A DNA stretch of 64,000 nucleotides from an uncultured Pseudomonadota bacterium (GCA_963842155.1 CAWJFP010000034.1:5514-69513), one strand, 5' to 3'. Counted from the first letter of the stretch, positions 50,315 through 61,195 are shown. Notes: generated by a model not told the origin, from the sequence alone. A program made the numbers and translations.

Positions 50315-50538
50315 AAGGAGAATTGGCCCTGGTCCAGGTGGTGGTGCGCGACAACAACGTCGATCAGGCGTTGCGCGCCCTTAAGAAGAAGATGCAGCGG
50401 GAGGGTATCTTCCGCGAGATGAAGCTGCGTCGCTCCTATGAGAAGCCGTCCGAGCGCAAGGCTCGGGAGCGGGCGGAGGCCGTGCGCCGCGCCCGCAAGC
50501 TCGCGCGCAAGCGGGCGGAGCGCGAAGGCTTGATGTAG
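50315..50538 (+). CDS. rpsU: 30S ribosomal protein S21. Start assigned to the TTG after RBS GGAAGGAG
   Basis: [57 protein letters not shown]. Confidence 0.7.
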
Positions 50539-50839
50539 CCGGGGCCCGCGGGCTCCGCTCACGCCATGGTGATCCGAAAATACCCGCCCTCGAGAGCCGG
50601 CGCGGCGGCGCTTCGCCATGTCCGGAGCCCGGCCTCGATCTCTGCGGCGTTCCCCGAAGGGCGCGAGGCGCATGCGCGCCGCGAAGTTGTCTTGCCCCCG
50701 AACGGCAATTACCGCACTCTAAGCCTGGGGTTGAGGAAGCTCGAATATGACGGCCGCGGGTCGCAATCGACTCGGGCTCGAAATCAATGCATGAAGCCAT
50801 AGCATCGACGACGGCTTGCGCCGTCACAGGGAGCGCATC

Positions 50840-53800
50840 ATGAATCCGACCCAACGTCGGGTCATCTTCTTCGTCCTGCTCGCCGCTTTCGCGGCGGGCT
50901 TCTGGATCGTCGCCTTCTACGGCAGAAATTGCTGCGCGCCCGGCAGTCCGGTGACCACCGCCGCGACGACGCAGGCGACCGCGCCCGCCGCGAGCCCGGT
51001 CAAGCCGGCCGCGAACGAGGCGGCGAGCCCTGCCAAGACCGCCAAGCCGGTGCCCTTCGCGCTCGACTATGTCGATCTCGACACCTCGCGCGAGACGGCG
51101 GAGGCTTGTCTCGTCTTCACCGAGGCGCTGCTCCAGGGGCCCGCCGCCCATTACGAGGATTATGTCGCGGTGCGCGACCATCCCGATCTCGCCGTGCAGG
51201 CGAAGGGCGCCAAGCTCTGCATCGGCGGCCTCGGCTTCGGCCGCGGCTACGAGGTCGAGCTGCGCGCGGGCCTGCCCGCCGCCTCGGGCGCCAAGCTGGC
51301 CGAGGCGCAGAGCGTGCCGGTGAGCTTCGCCGACAAGCTGCCCCTGGTGCGCTTCAGCTCGACGGGCAAGTTCATTCTTCCCCGTACGGGCAACGCCGGC
51401 GTGCCCGTCACCACGATCAATCTCGACGAGCTCGCGATCAAGGTCTACCGCGTCTCCGACCGCGCCCTCTTCGAGAAGCTCGAGCTCGGCGCCACCACTG
51501 CTTATTGGGAGCTGCAGGACTTCGCGGCCAAGACCGCGCTCGTCTGGCAAGGCACGATGAAGACGCCGGGCCGGCGCAACGAGGCCATGCTCACGGCCTT
51601 CCCCATCCGCGACGTGGTCAAGCCCTGGAAGCCCGGCGTCTATGTCGTGCTCGCCAGCGACAATCTCAAAGGCAAGAACGACGAGCGCCAGAGCTGGGCG
51701 ACCCAGCTCGTCTACGACACCGATCTTGGCCTCACCGTCTTCCGCGGCCAGGACGGCCTCAACGCGGTGGTGCGCTCGATCGCGAGCGCGAAGCCGGTCG
51801 CGGGCGTCAAGCTCGCCCTCATCGCAAAGAGCAACGAGGAGCTGGGCATCGCCACGACCGACGCGACGGGCCGCGCGCAATTCGCGGCGGGGCTCATGCG
51901 CGGAACCGGCGGCAGCGAGCCGCAGATGCTCATGGCCTATGGCCCGAGCGAGGATTTCAGCGCCATCTCGCTTGCCTCTCCGGGCTTCGATCTGTCAGAC
52001 CGCGGCGTCTCGGGGCGCGCGAGCCCCGGCGCGCTCGACGTCTTCGTCACCAGCGAGCGCGGCATCTATCGCCCCGGCGAGACGGTCAATCTCGTGACCC
52101 TGGTGCGCGACGCCTCGGCACTCGCCGTCGCGAAGGCACCGGTGACGCTGGTGCTGCTGCGGCCCGACGGGCTCGAGCAAAGGCGGTTCCTCCTCGAGGA
52201 CAAGGGCGACGGCGGCAGCCATGTCGCCTTCGCCCTCAGCCCCACCGCCCAGCATGGGCTGTGGAACGCGCGCGTCGTGCTCGACGGCGACAATGCGCTG
52301 GGCGAGACCTCCTTCATGGTCGATGATTTCGTGCCGCAGCGCCTCAAGGTGACGCTCGCGAGCGATCAAGACGCGCTCGTCCCCGACGAGAAGATCGAGG
52401 TGATGGTCGAGGCGCGCTTTCTCTATGGCGCGCCGGCGACGGAGCTCGGCGGCGAAGCCAGCATCGAGCTCGCGCCGGACCCGGCGCCCTTTCCCAATTT
52501 CAGCCGCTTCCATTTCGGGCTCAAGGAGGAGAAGCTCGACCTGAAGCCCATTCCGCTCGAGATCGATGCGACCGACGCCTACGGCAAGACGGTCGCGACC
52601 GGCGAGCTCAAGGACCTGCCCAAGAGCACGCGTCCTCTCAAGGGGGAAATCCAGGTCTCGGTCAACGAGCCGGGGGGCCGGGCGACCAGCCAGAGCCTGA
52701 CTTTGCCGGTACGCAGCCGGCCGCTGCTGCTCGGGCTGCGCGCGCTCTTCGACAACGTGGTCGAGGAGGGCAAGGATGCCGCCTTCGAGTTGGTGGCGCT
52801 CGACGCCAAGGGGACCCCCGTCGCACGTCAGCATCTCGCCTACCGCCTGACGCGCGACGACCGCACCTGGCAATGGTATCAGCGCCCGAACGGCCTTTGG
52901 GCCTACGAGCCGATCCATCATGAGCATCCGGTCGAGGAGGGCATGCTCGACGCGACGGCCGAGAAGCCGGCCACGCTTTCGATCGCCCAGCCGCGCTGGG
53001 GCGACTATCGCCTGACGGTGACCGACGAGGAAAGCGGCGCCATGACAAGCCTCGGCTTCCAGGTGGGCTGGTGGGAGGAGGGCGGCGAGGTCTCCGAGAC
53101 CCCCGACAAGGTCGAGGTCGTCGCCGACCGCGCCAAATACAAGACGGGCGAGACGGCGCATATCACGGTCAAGGCGCCCTTCGAAGGCGAGGTGCTGGTG
53201 ACCGTCGCCGGCAACCGCGTCTTCGAGAGCCACGAGCTTCATCTGCCCTCGACGGGCGCCAGCATCGACCTGCCGGTGTCGGATGGTTGGGGCAGCGGCG
53301 CTTATGTCATGGCGACGGCCTATCGCCCGCTCGGCGGCGGCAAGGGCCATGAGCCGGTGCGCGCGGTGGGCTTGAGCTGGATCGGCCTCGACGTCGCGGC
53401 CCGCACGCTCGAGGTCAAGCTCGATCTGCCCGACCGCGTGCGGCCGCGCGCCCGCCTCGAGATCCCGCTCACGGTCGCCGGCCTCGCCGCGGGCGAGACC
53501 GCCTTCGTCACGCTCGCGGCCGTCGACGAGGGCATCCTGCAACTCACCCGCTTCAAGACGCCCTCGCCGGCCGACTACTACTACGCCAAGCGCGCGCTCG
53601 GCGTAAGCCTGCGCGACGATTACGGCCGTCTCCTCGATGGACAGGGCGCGCCCGCGGGCGCCATCCGCGCGGGCGGCGACAGCTCGCTCGGCGGGGCGGC
53701 TCTGCCGGTGGTGCCGACGCGCACCGTGGCGCTCTTCTCCGGCATCGTCGAGACCGATGCCTCCGGCCATGCCAAGATCGCCTTCGACATTCCCGATTTC

Positions 53801-55768
53801 GAAGGCGAGCTGCGTTTCATGGCGCTTGCCTACGACAAGACGCAGCTCGGCAAGGGCGAGCGTCCCTTGACCGTGCGCGACGCGTTGGTGACCGACGTGA
53901 CCTTGCCGCGCTTCTTGGCACCCGGTGACGAAAGCCGTCTCGCGCTCCTGATCCATAACGTGGAAGGAGCGGCCGGCACTTATCATGTCGCGCTGACGGC
54001 CTCGGGTACGGTCGTGCTCGACGGTGCGACCGAGCGGCAGCTCGATATGCCGGTCGGCAAGCGCGAGCTGCTGAGCTTTCCGATCACGGCGAACGATGTC
54101 GGCATCGGAAGCTTCACGCTCAAGGTCGAGGGGCCGGGCGGCTTCGCCGTCACGCGCGACTGGCAGATCGCGGTGCGCGCCCCGCAGCTGCCGGTGACGA
54201 CCGACTTGGCCGTCCAGGTCAAGCCGGGCGAGAGCTTCACCGTCGATCCGCAGCTCGTCGCCGACTATCTGCCGGGCTCGACGCAGGTGGGGCTCACCCT
54301 CTCGACCTGGCACGGCTTCAATGTGCCGGCGCTCTTGGCCGCGCTCGACCGCTATCCGCAAGGCTGCCTCGAGCAGACCACGAGCCGCGCCTTTCCGCTG
54401 CTCTATTTCAACGACGTGGCGGCGAACGAGGGCGTGGCCACGGAAAAGGCGCTGCCCGAGCGCATCCAGGACGCCATCGACCGCATCACCGACATGCAGA
54501 GGGGCGCCGGCGATTTCGGGCTCTGGGGGCCCTATGACTCCGCCTATCCTTGGCTCTCGGTCTTCGCGCTCGATTTTCTCTATGAGGCGAATCAGGCGGG
54601 CTACAAGGTGCCGCCCATCGTCCTGCAGCGCGGCAGCGACTGGCTCCACGCCACCGCGCGCGGCCGCGCCCGCGACGAGGACGAGTCCGAGGATTCGGGC
54701 AAGGCCCTCAAGGGCTGGGAACAGGCCAATATCCGCGCCTATGCCTTTTATGTGCTGGCCAAGATGGGCGCGGCCAACATCGGCGAGCTGCGCTATTTCC
54801 ACGACAACAAGCTGACCGCCATCGCGTCCGCCATCGGCTATGGCCAGCTCGGCGCGGCGCTCGCCATGACCGGCGACCGCACGCGGGCGAGCCATGTCTT
54901 CGACCTCGCCGGCCGCATGCTTCGCACCAGCTGGCGCGACGATTATTACGGCTCGCATCTGCGCGATCTCTCGGCGCTGGTGGCGGCGGAGAGCCAGGCG
55001 GGCGATCGCGAGCTGCTGCCAGCGCTCGTCGACCAGCTCGCGGTCTCCGACTACCGGCTCGGCTGGACCACGACGCAGGAGCAGGCCTGGATGCTGATCG
55101 CCGAGCATGCGCTGCTGAAGAGCCAGGGCGAGCTCGCGGTCTCGATCGCGGACGGGCCCGAGCGCCGCTCGAGCGAGCCCATAAGGCTCGTCCGGAGCGC
55201 CGGGCAGATCGCGCAAGGCTTCACAGTCAAGAATTTGGGCGACAAGCCGATCTGGAGCCTCGTCTCGGTGACCGGCGTGCCGCGCGAGCTGCTGCCGCCC
55301 ACGGACAGGGGCTTCACCATCCGCCGCAGCTTCCACGACATGGGCGGCAAGATCATCGATCCGAGCCAGCTCAAGCAGAACGAGCGCTTCCTCGTGCTGC
55401 TCGAGGGCGCCGTCACCGACAATCTCGATCATGAGGCGGTGCTGGTGAATCTGCTGCCGGCGGGCTGGGAGATCGAGAGCGTGGTGAAGAGCGCCGGCGA
55501 CGGCGGGACCGACTTCGATTGGCTCAAGCTCACCGAGGCACGCATGCGGCAGGCGCGCGACGACCAGTTCGTCGCCGCGCTCAGCTTCACCGGACGCAGC
55601 GTCAAGCAGGAGACGGACCACTACGCGCAGGCCTTCATCGTCCGCGTCGCCATACCGGGCAATTACGTTCTGCCGGCGGCGACCATCGCGGACATGTACC
55701 GGCCGGCCGTCACCGCGCGCACCGGAACGGGCTCCGTCACGGTCGAGCCGCGCGAGCCGACGCAATGA
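50840..55768 (+). CDS. Bacterial alpha-2-macroglobulin-family protein (YfhM-like), thioester motif present
   Basis: About 1640 aa. N-terminal membrane anchor. GCLEQ thioester motif (RYPQGCLEQTTSRAF). ATGA overlap with the downstream pbpC. Confidence 0.8.
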   Translation: MNPTQRRVIFFVLLAAFAAGFWIVAFYGRNCCAPGSPVTTAATTQATAPAASPVKPAANEAASPAKTAKPVPFALDYVDLDTSRETAEACLVFTEALLQGPAAHYEDYVAVRDHPDLAVQAKGAKLCIGGLGFGRGYEVELRAGLPAASGAKLAEAQSVPVSFADKLPLVRFSSTGKFILPRTGNAGVPVTTINLDELAIKVYRVSDRALFEKLELGATTAYWELQDFAAKTALVWQGTMKTPGRRNEAMLTAFPIRDVVKPWKPGVYVVLASDNLKGKNDERQSWATQLVYDTDLGLTVFRGQDGLNAVVRSIASAKPVAGVKLALIAKSNEELGIATTDATGRAQFAAGLMRGTGGSEPQMLMAYGPSEDFSAISLASPGFDLSDRGVSGRASPGALDVFVTSERGIYRPGETVNLVTLVRDASALAVAKAPVTLVLLRPDGLEQRRFLLEDKGDGGSHVAFALSPTAQHGLWNARVVLDGDNALGETSFMVDDFVPQRLKVTLASDQDALVPDEKIEVMVEARFLYGAPATELGGEASIELAPDPAPFPNFSRFHFGLKEEKLDLKPIPLEIDATDAYGKTVATGELKDLPKSTRPLKGEIQVSVNEPGGRATSQSLTLPVRSRPLLLGLRALFDNVVEEGKDAAFELVALDAKGTPVARQHLAYRLTRDDRTWQWYQRPNGLWAYEPIHHEHPVEEGMLDATAEKPATLSIAQPRWGDYRLTVTDEESGAMTSLGFQVGWWEEGGEVSETPDKVEVVADRAKYKTGETAHITVKAPFEGEVLVTVAGNRVFESHELHLPSTGASIDLPVSDGWGSGAYVMATAYRPLGGGKGHEPVRAVGLSWIGLDVAARTLEVKLDLPDRVRPRARLEIPLTVAGLAAGETAFVTLAAVDEGILQLTRFKTPSPADYYYAKRALGVSLRDDYGRLLDGQGAPAGAIRAGGDSSLGGAALPVVPTRTVALFSGIVETDASGHAKIAFDIPDFEGELRFMALAYDKTQLGKGERPLTVRDALVTDVTLPRFLAPGDESRLALLIHNVEGAAGTYHVALTASGTVVLDGATERQLDMPVGKRELLSFPITANDVGIGSFTLKVEGPGGFAVTRDWQIAVRAPQLPVTTDLAVQVKPGESFTVDPQLVADYLPGSTQVGLTLSTWHGFNVPALLAALDRYPQGCLEQTTSRAFPLLYFNDVAANEGVATEKALPERIQDAIDRITDMQRGAGDFGLWGPYDSAYPWLSVFALDFLYEANQAGYKVPPIVLQRGSDWLHATARGRARDEDESEDSGKALKGWEQANIRAYAFYVLAKMGAANIGELRYFHDNKLTAIASAIGYGQLGAALAMTGDRTRASHVFDLAGRMLRTSWRDDYYGSHLRDLSALVAAESQAGDRELLPALVDQLAVSDYRLGWTTTQEQAWMLIAEHALLKSQGELAVSIADGPERRSSEPIRLVRSAGQIAQGFTVKNLGDKPIWSLVSVTGVPRELLPPTDRGFTIRRSFHDMGGKIIDPSQLKQNERFLVLLEGAVTDNLDHEAVLVNLLPAGWEIESVVKSAGDGGTDFDWLKLTEARMRQARDDQFVAALSFTGRSVKQETDHYAQAFIVRVAIPGNYVLPAATIADMYRPAVTARTGTGSVTVEPREPTQ

Positions 55769-57855
55769 GCCGGCCGAAGCAGCGGCGCCGGCTCGGTCTC
55801 GCGGCGCTCGCGGGGGTCTTCGCGCTGCCGCTTCTCGCCCTTCTGCTGGACCGCCTCTTCCCGCCGCCGCTCGAGCGCTACGCCGCGAGCTCGACCCTCG
55901 TGCTCGACGAGCGCGGCGAGATCCTGCGCGCCTTCACGACAAGCGAGGGCGCCTGGCGGCTCAAATCCACCCCGGCCCAGGTCGATCCCTTCTTCCTCAA
56001 GCTGCTCGAGGCCTATGAGGACCGGCGCTTCGAGCATCATTGGGGCGTCGATCCGCTGGCGCTTGCGCGCGCGCTCGGACAATGGATCGCAACGGGCCAC
56101 GTCGTGTCGGGCGCTTCGACCTTGACGATGCAGACGGCGCGGCTCCTGGCGCCGCATCCGCACTCGCTCGCCGGCAAGCTCGTGGAGATCATGCGCGCGC
56201 TGCAGCTCGAGGCGCATTTCTCCAAGGCCGAGATCCTGTCCTTCTATCTCACGCTGGCGCCCTATGGCGGCAATCTCGAAGGGGCGCGGGCGGCATCGCT
56301 CGCCTATTTCGGCAAGGAGCCGCGCCATCTCACCGCGAGCGAGGCGGCGCTCTTGGTGGCATTGCCGCAATCGCCCGAGCGCAATCGTCCCGATCTTCAT
56401 CCCGAGGCGGCCCAACGCGCACGCGACAAGGTGCTGGCGCGGCTGGCGGCGCGCGGGATCCTCGCACAGCACCAGGCGCGAGAGGCCGCGAGCGAACCGC
56501 TTGCACTGCAACGCACCTCCTTGCCGATTCTCGCGCCGCATCTCGCCGCCGAGCTCGCCGCCGCTACCCCGCCGGGCAGCACTCTCCGCACCAGCTTGCA
56601 GGGCCATCTGCAAGCCAGGGTCGAGGCGCTGCTGCGCCGCGAGCCGCTGGAGGAGGGCGCCTCGATCGCGGCGCTCGTCGTCGAGAACGCCACCCGCCAT
56701 ATCATCGCCCATGTCGGTAGCGCGGATTATTTCGGCCCCTTCGGGCAGAACGACCTGACGCGCGCCAAGCGCTCGCCCGGCTCGACCTTGAAGCCCTTCA
56801 TCTACGGCATGGGCTTCGACGCGCTGCTCGTCCATCCCGACACCGTCATCGAGGACGCGCCGCTGCGCTTCGGCGACTACGCGCCGCAGAATTTCGACCG
56901 CGATTTCCGCGGCCAGGTGACCGTGCGGCAGGCGCTGCAAATGTCGCTCAACCTGCCGGCGGTGGCGCTGCTCAACAGGGTCGGACCGCAGCGCTTCGTC
57001 AGCGCGTTGCGCGCGGCGGGGGCCGAGCTCGTGTTCGACGAGGCGATCGGCGCGCCCTCGCTCGCCGTGGCGCTGGGCGGAGTGGGCATCTCGTTGCGCG
57101 ATCTCGTGATGCTTTATGCGGCGCTCGCCGACGGCGGCATGGCGCGGCCGCTCGTAGCGCAGCCGGACGAGCCGCCTGTAAATTCCACGCCGCTGCTCAC
57201 CCCCGCCGCCGCCTGGTATGTCACCGACATATTGCGCGGCGTCACCATGCCCGAGCCCTTCGCGCAGCTTCCGGCGCTGGGCGGGCGGCGTGCCATCGCC
57301 TTCAAGACAGGAACTTCCTACGGCTTCCGCGACGCCTGGGCGATCGGCTCCTCCGGGCGCTACACGATCGGGGTCTGGGCGGGGCGGCCCGACGGCGCGC
57401 CGCGCCCGGGCCATTACGGCATCGCGGCGGCGGCGCCGGTGCTTTTCAAGCTGTTCGGCCTCTTGCCGGCGGAGGAGGAGGTGCGGCCCATGCCGGCGGA
57501 GGTCATCAGGCCGGCGAATGCGGCGGCCTTGCCCGTGGCGCTGCGCCGTTTCTCGGCGACGGGCAGGCCCTCGACACTCGAGGAGGGCTCGCCCTTGCGC
57601 ATTCTCTTCCCGCCCCCCGACGCGGTGCTCGAGCTCGCAAGCGACGGCGGCCGGCCGGCGCCGATCGCGCTCAAGGCGATGGGCGGTGCCGCGCCCTTGC
57701 GCTGGGTGGTGAACGGTGAGCCCGTGGCCGCCGCGCCGACGGCCGCGGAGGCGAGCTTCTGGACCCCGGACGGCCCCGGCTTCGTGAATCTCTCGGTGAT
57801 CGACGCGGCAGGCGGCAAGGTCAGCGCGGCGCTGCGCCTGGTGCCGCCGGAGTAG
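55765..57855 (+). CDS. pbpC: Penicillin-binding protein 1C (transglycosylase plus transpeptidase)
   Basis: 696 aa. Glycosyltransferase-51 motifs (EDRRFEHHWGVD, GASTLTMQ), STLKP and KTGTS transpeptidase motifs. Confidence 0.8.
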   Translation: MSRPKQRRRLGLAALAGVFALPLLALLLDRLFPPPLERYAASSTLVLDERGEILRAFTTSEGAWRLKSTPAQVDPFFLKLLEAYEDRRFEHHWGVDPLALARALGQWIATGHVVSGASTLTMQTARLLAPHPHSLAGKLVEIMRALQLEAHFSKAEILSFYLTLAPYGGNLEGARAASLAYFGKEPRHLTASEAALLVALPQSPERNRPDLHPEAAQRARDKVLARLAARGILAQHQAREAASEPLALQRTSLPILAPHLAAELAAATPPGSTLRTSLQGHLQARVEALLRREPLEEGASIAALVVENATRHIIAHVGSADYFGPFGQNDLTRAKRSPGSTLKPFIYGMGFDALLVHPDTVIEDAPLRFGDYAPQNFDRDFRGQVTVRQALQMSLNLPAVALLNRVGPQRFVSALRAAGAELVFDEAIGAPSLAVALGGVGISLRDLVMLYAALADGGMARPLVAQPDEPPVNSTPLLTPAAAWYVTDILRGVTMPEPFAQLPALGGRRAIAFKTGTSYGFRDAWAIGSSGRYTIGVWAGRPDGAPRPGHYGIAAAAPVLFKLFGLLPAEEEVRPMPAEVIRPANAAALPVALRRFSATGRPSTLEEGSPLRILFPPPDAVLELASDGGRPAPIALKAMGGAAPLRWVVNGEPVAAAPTAAEASFWTPDGPGFVNLSVIDAAGGKVSAALRLVPPE

Positions 57856-57861
57856 GCGGCG

Positions 57862-58956
57862 CTATAAATTCGCCGGCAATTTGCCGCGCGGATAGAGCCG
57901 CGTGACATGGCCCATCTTGCGTCCGGGCCTGATCTCGCTCTTGCCGTAAAGATGCAGCCGCGCGCTCGGATCGGCGAGCAGCGCGGGCCAGCTCAGGATC
58001 TCGTCGCCCAAAAGGTTCTTCATCACCGCGTCGGAATGGCGCTGGGTCGGGCCGAGCGGCAGCGCGCAGACCGCGCGCACGAGCTGCTCGAACTGGCTGG
58101 TGAGACAGGCATCGATGGTCCAATGGCCGGAATTATGCGGCCGCGGCGCAAGCTCGTTGACCAGCAGCTTGCCCTCGCGGGTCACGAACATCTCGACCGC
58201 GAGCAGGCCTACGAGGTCGAGCGCTTCGGCGATCCGGCTCGCGACGGCGGCTGCGGCGTCGCGCAGCGGCGGAGCGAGGCGCGCGGGCGCGATGGTGGTG
58301 TCGAGGATGTGATGGACATGGCGGTTCTCGACCGGGTCGTAGCAGGCGAGCGCACCCTCGGTGCCGCGCGCGACGATCACCGAGATCTCGCAGGCGAAAT
58401 CGACATATGCTTCGAGGATGCCTTGCGCGGCGCCCATCGCCTTCCAGGCCTCGGCGGGATCGCTCGCGTCGCCGATGGCGACCTGGCCCTTGCCGTCATA
58501 GCCGAAGCGCGCGCTCTTGAGCACCGCGGGGCGGCCGACGGCGCCGAGCGCGGCCGCGAGCTCAGCGGCATCGTCGGCGCGGCGATAATCGGTGGTGGCG
58601 ACCTCGATGCCGCGCAGGAAATCCTTTTCCCTCAAGCGATCCTGCGTGACGTGGAGGATCTCCGGTCTGGGCCTGACCGGCAGCCGCTCGGCGAGCCAGG
58701 CGAGGCTCGCCGCCGGCAGGTTCTCGAACTCGAAGGTCACCACATCGACGGCGCGGGCGAATTCATCGAGCGCGGTTTTGTCGTCGTAAGCGGCGACGCT
58801 GTGGGCGGCCGCGACCTGGAAAGCCGGCGAGTTGTGGTCCGGGCAGAAGACATGGCAGGAATAGCCGAGCCGCGCGGCGGCGAGCGCCGTCATGCGGCCG
58901 AGCTGGCCGCCGCCAAGTATGCCGATGGTGGCGCCGGGCGCGACGGGCGTCGCCAT
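57862..58956 (-). CDS. purK: N5-carboxyaminoimidazole ribonucleotide synthase
   Basis: 364 aa, ATP-grasp. IGILGGGQLGRM. In the ORF track it is fused in-frame to the antisense of purE. Confidence 0.85.
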   Translation of the reverse strand: MATPVAPGATIGILGGGQLGRMTALAAARLGYSCHVFCPDHNSPAFQVAAAHSVAAYDDKTALDEFARAVDVVTFEFENLPAASLAWLAERLPVRPRPEILHVTQDRLREKDFLRGIEVATTDYRRADDAAELAAALGAVGRPAVLKSARFGYDGKGQVAIGDASDPAEAWKAMGAAQGILEAYVDFACEISVIVARGTEGALACYDPVENRHVHHILDTTIAPARLAPPLRDAAAAVASRIAEALDLVGLLAVEMFVTREGKLLVNELAPRPHNSGHWTIDACLTSQFEQLVRAVCALPLGPTQRHSDAVMKNLLGDEILSWPALLADPSARLHLYGKSEIRPGRKMGHVTRLYPRGKLPANL

Positions 58957-58964
58957 GGCCGCCG

Positions 58965-59468
58965 TCAGGCTTCCGTCGGGTGGTCTTTGACGGCGGCGGT
59001 CTGCGCCGCGCGGTAGGCGTCGAGCGCCTTGGCGAGCTTCGGGTCGGCGAGCGCGAGCACGGAGGCGGCGAGGATCGCGGCATTGATCGCGCCGGCCTTG
59101 CCGATAGCGAGCGTGCCGACCGGGACGCCCGCCGGCATCTGCACGATCGAGAGCAGGCTGTCGAGCCCCTTGAGCGATTTGCTCTCGATCGGCACGCCGA
59201 AGACGGGCAGCGAGGTGAGGGATGCCACCATGCCGGGGAGATGGGCGGCGCCGCCCGCGCCCGCGAGGATCACCTTGAGCCCGCGGCCGCGCGCGCCCTC
59301 GGCATAGGCGAAGAGCCGCTTGGGCGTGCGATGCGCCGAGACGATGCGCGTCTCGAAGGCGACGCCGAGCGTCTGCAAAAGCTCGGCGCCGTGGCGCATG
59401 GTCTCCCAGTCGGACTGGCTGCCCATGATGATGCCGACGACCGGCTCGCGCTTCCGCCTGACGCTCAT
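58965..59468 (-). CDS. purE: N5-carboxyaminoimidazole ribonucleotide mutase
   Basis: [14 protein letters not shown]...[17 protein letters not shown]. Confidence 0.85.
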   Translation of the reverse strand: MSVRRKREPVVGIIMGSQSDWETMRHGAELLQTLGVAFETRIVSAHRTPKRLFAYAEGARGRGLKVILAGAGGAAHLPGMVASLTSLPVFGVPIESKSLKGLDSLLSIVQMPAGVPVGTLAIGKAGAINAAILAASVLALADPKLAKALDAYRAAQTAAVKDHPTEA

Positions 59469-59561
59469 TCGCCTCCGCCCTTCCGTCATTTACCTTTATT
59501 AACGCGATTTTAGGAGTTCGCCCCCAGACTGGCAAAAAACATATCCGGCATAAAGCCTTAT

Positions 59562-59753
59562 ATGGGAATGGGAGAAGTCACGATGCGCGAACTGCTCACT
59601 GCGATGGTATGGGACGATAGCGGTCTGGCGGAGATCGAGCGCCGGATCATCCGCGCCCTGCTCTTCTTGGCGGCGTTGGGGCTGATCATCGGCTATGGCT
59701 TCGGGATCGGCGGCATGACGGGCGGCATGGCGGACTTCTTCGGCTCGCGTTAG
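59562..59753 (+). CDS. Hypothetical small Gly-rich membrane protein
   Basis: 63-aa ORF with one TM. Weak support. Confidence 0.25.
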   Translation: MGMGEVTMRELLTAMVWDDSGLAEIERRIIRALLFLAALGLIIGYGFGIGGMTGGMADFFGSR

Positions 59754-59771
59754 GCCGGGCCGATACGCGGC

Positions 59772-59996
59772 TCAAGCGATGATGTCGGGCAGAAGCTGGC
59801 TTTCCAGCTTCGCGATCTGATCCTTGAGCAGGAGCTTGCGCTTCTTGAGTCGCTGCAGGCGGATCTGATCGTAGCGTCCGGTCGCGACGACGCGCGCGAT
59901 CACGTCGTCCAGATCCTGATGCTCGGCTTTGAGCGCCGCAAGCCTGGCCTGCAAGGCCGCGGTCTCCTCCTCGCTCCGCTCGCCGCCCGATGTCAT
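59772..59996 (-). CDS. DUF465 (YdcH-like) small protein
   Basis: LKAEHQDLDDVI...LQRLKKRKLLLKDQI is the DUF465 signature. Confidence 0.4.
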   Translation of the reverse strand: MTSGGERSEEETAALQARLAALKAEHQDLDDVIARVVATGRYDQIRLQRLKKRKLLLKDQIAKLESQLLPDIIA

Positions 59997-60134
59997 CGCG
60001 CCTTGTCCCCCTTCGGGCGGCATTATAGCAAGTCGCCGAAGAGGTCGATCGGGAAAGGATCGCGCGCCCGGCGATTGAACGCGCCGCCGGCATGGGCCAA
60101 AGTCCCGGCAGCATCTCCGGCGGTGCGAGTTCTC

Positions 60135-60710
60135 ATGGCCCGTTATCCCGATTGCGCGTTCTGGGACTTCTCGCTCGCCGCCTATGCGCGGCCGGGGGTG
60201 GCGCCGGCTTGCCTCGCCTTGCAGGAGCGCCGCGGCGCCGACGTCAATCTGCTGCTTTTCGCCTGCTGGCTCGGCGCAAGCGGGCGGGGCGCACTCGCGC
60301 CTTCATTGCTCGGTGAAGCGCAGAGCTGTGTGGGCGCCTGGCATCGGGAGGTGGTGCGCGCCTTGCGCGCGGCGCGCCGCCGCCTCAAGGAGAATCCCTC
60401 GCCGGCGCCTCCCGGGCTCGCCGCCCCCTTGCGCCGCAAGATCGCGGCCGTCGAGCTCGAGGCCGAGCATCTCGAGCAGCTCGCCTTGGCCGAACTCGCT
60501 CCGCCGGCCCCGGCCGAATTGCCCGACGAGCGGCGGCTGGAGCGGGACGCAGCCGAGGGCGCGCTCGCCTATCTCCGCGCGCTTGTCCATTCGAGTGACA
60601 GGGGCGCGGGCCCGGACGAGGCGGATCGCGCTAGCCTGCTCGCAGTCCTCTCCGGCTGCTTCCCGGAAGCCCAGCCGGCGCGGTTGGCGGCCGCTCTTGA
60701 CGCGACCTGA
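60135..60710 (+). CDS. TIGR02444/DUF2390-like conserved hypothetical protein
   Basis: FWDFSLAAYARPGVAPACLALQERRGADVNLLLFACWLG. Confidence 0.45.
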   Translation: MARYPDCAFWDFSLAAYARPGVAPACLALQERRGADVNLLLFACWLGASGRGALAPSLLGEAQSCVGAWHREVVRALRAARRRLKENPSPAPPGLAAPLRRKIAAVELEAEHLEQLALAELAPPAPAELPDERRLERDAAEGALAYLRALVHSSDRGAGPDEADRASLLAVLSGCFPEAQPARLAAALDAT

Positions 60711-60757
60711 ATCGGTCGAGGAATATTTCCCCTCCCGCCCTTTGGATTGGTGCCCAG

Positions 60758-61195
60758 ATGGACAAGATCAAGCCCCTCTTCACGGCGACGGCGACTGCCA
60801 TCGGCGGTCGCAATGGCCATAGCGAGGCAAGCGACGGATCCGTCGCGGTCGATCTGTCCGTGCCGAAGGCGATGGGAGGTCCGGGCAAACCACACACCAC
60901 CACGCCCGAGCATCTCTTTGCCACCGGATATGCCGCCTGTTTCGGCGGTGCGATCGACTTCGTCGCCAAGCAACGGAGACAGGACGCCGCGAAAGCGAAA
61001 ATCACCTGCGCGGTCTCGATCGGTCCGCGCGAGGGCGGCGGCTTTGGCCTCTCCGTCAAGCTGCAAGTGGAAGATGGCGGCATTCCGCAAGCGGCCCTCG
61101 AGGCGCTGGTAAAGGAAGCCCACGAAAAGATTTGCCCCTATTCGCACGCGACGCGCGGCAATATCGAAGTGCAGCTCGAGGTGGTGGGCGCCTAG
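60758..61195 (+). CDS. ohr: Organic hydroperoxide resistance protein (OsmC/Ohr family)
   Basis: 145 aa. Two conserved Cys (ACFGGAI...KICPYSHA). Confidence 0.75.
   Translation: MDKIKPLFTATATAIGGRNGHSEASDGSVAVDLSVPKAMGGPGKPHTTTPEHLFATGYAACFGGAIDFVAKQRRQDAAKAKITCAVSIGPREGGGFGLSVKLQVEDGGIPQAALEALVKEAHEKICPYSHATRGNIEVQLEVVGA

Noticed and set aside
51995-55765. 1256-aa minus-strand ORF opposite the alpha-2-macroglobulin gene
   Set aside because: Antisense artefact. The sense strand has the GCLEQ thioester motif and an uninterrupted 1640-aa ORF
57862-59535. 557-aa ORF suggesting a PurE-PurK fusion
   Set aside because: Only the C-terminal 364 aa (purK) are protein-like. The N-terminal part is an out-of-frame read across purE, which is encoded separately in another frame (58965-59468)
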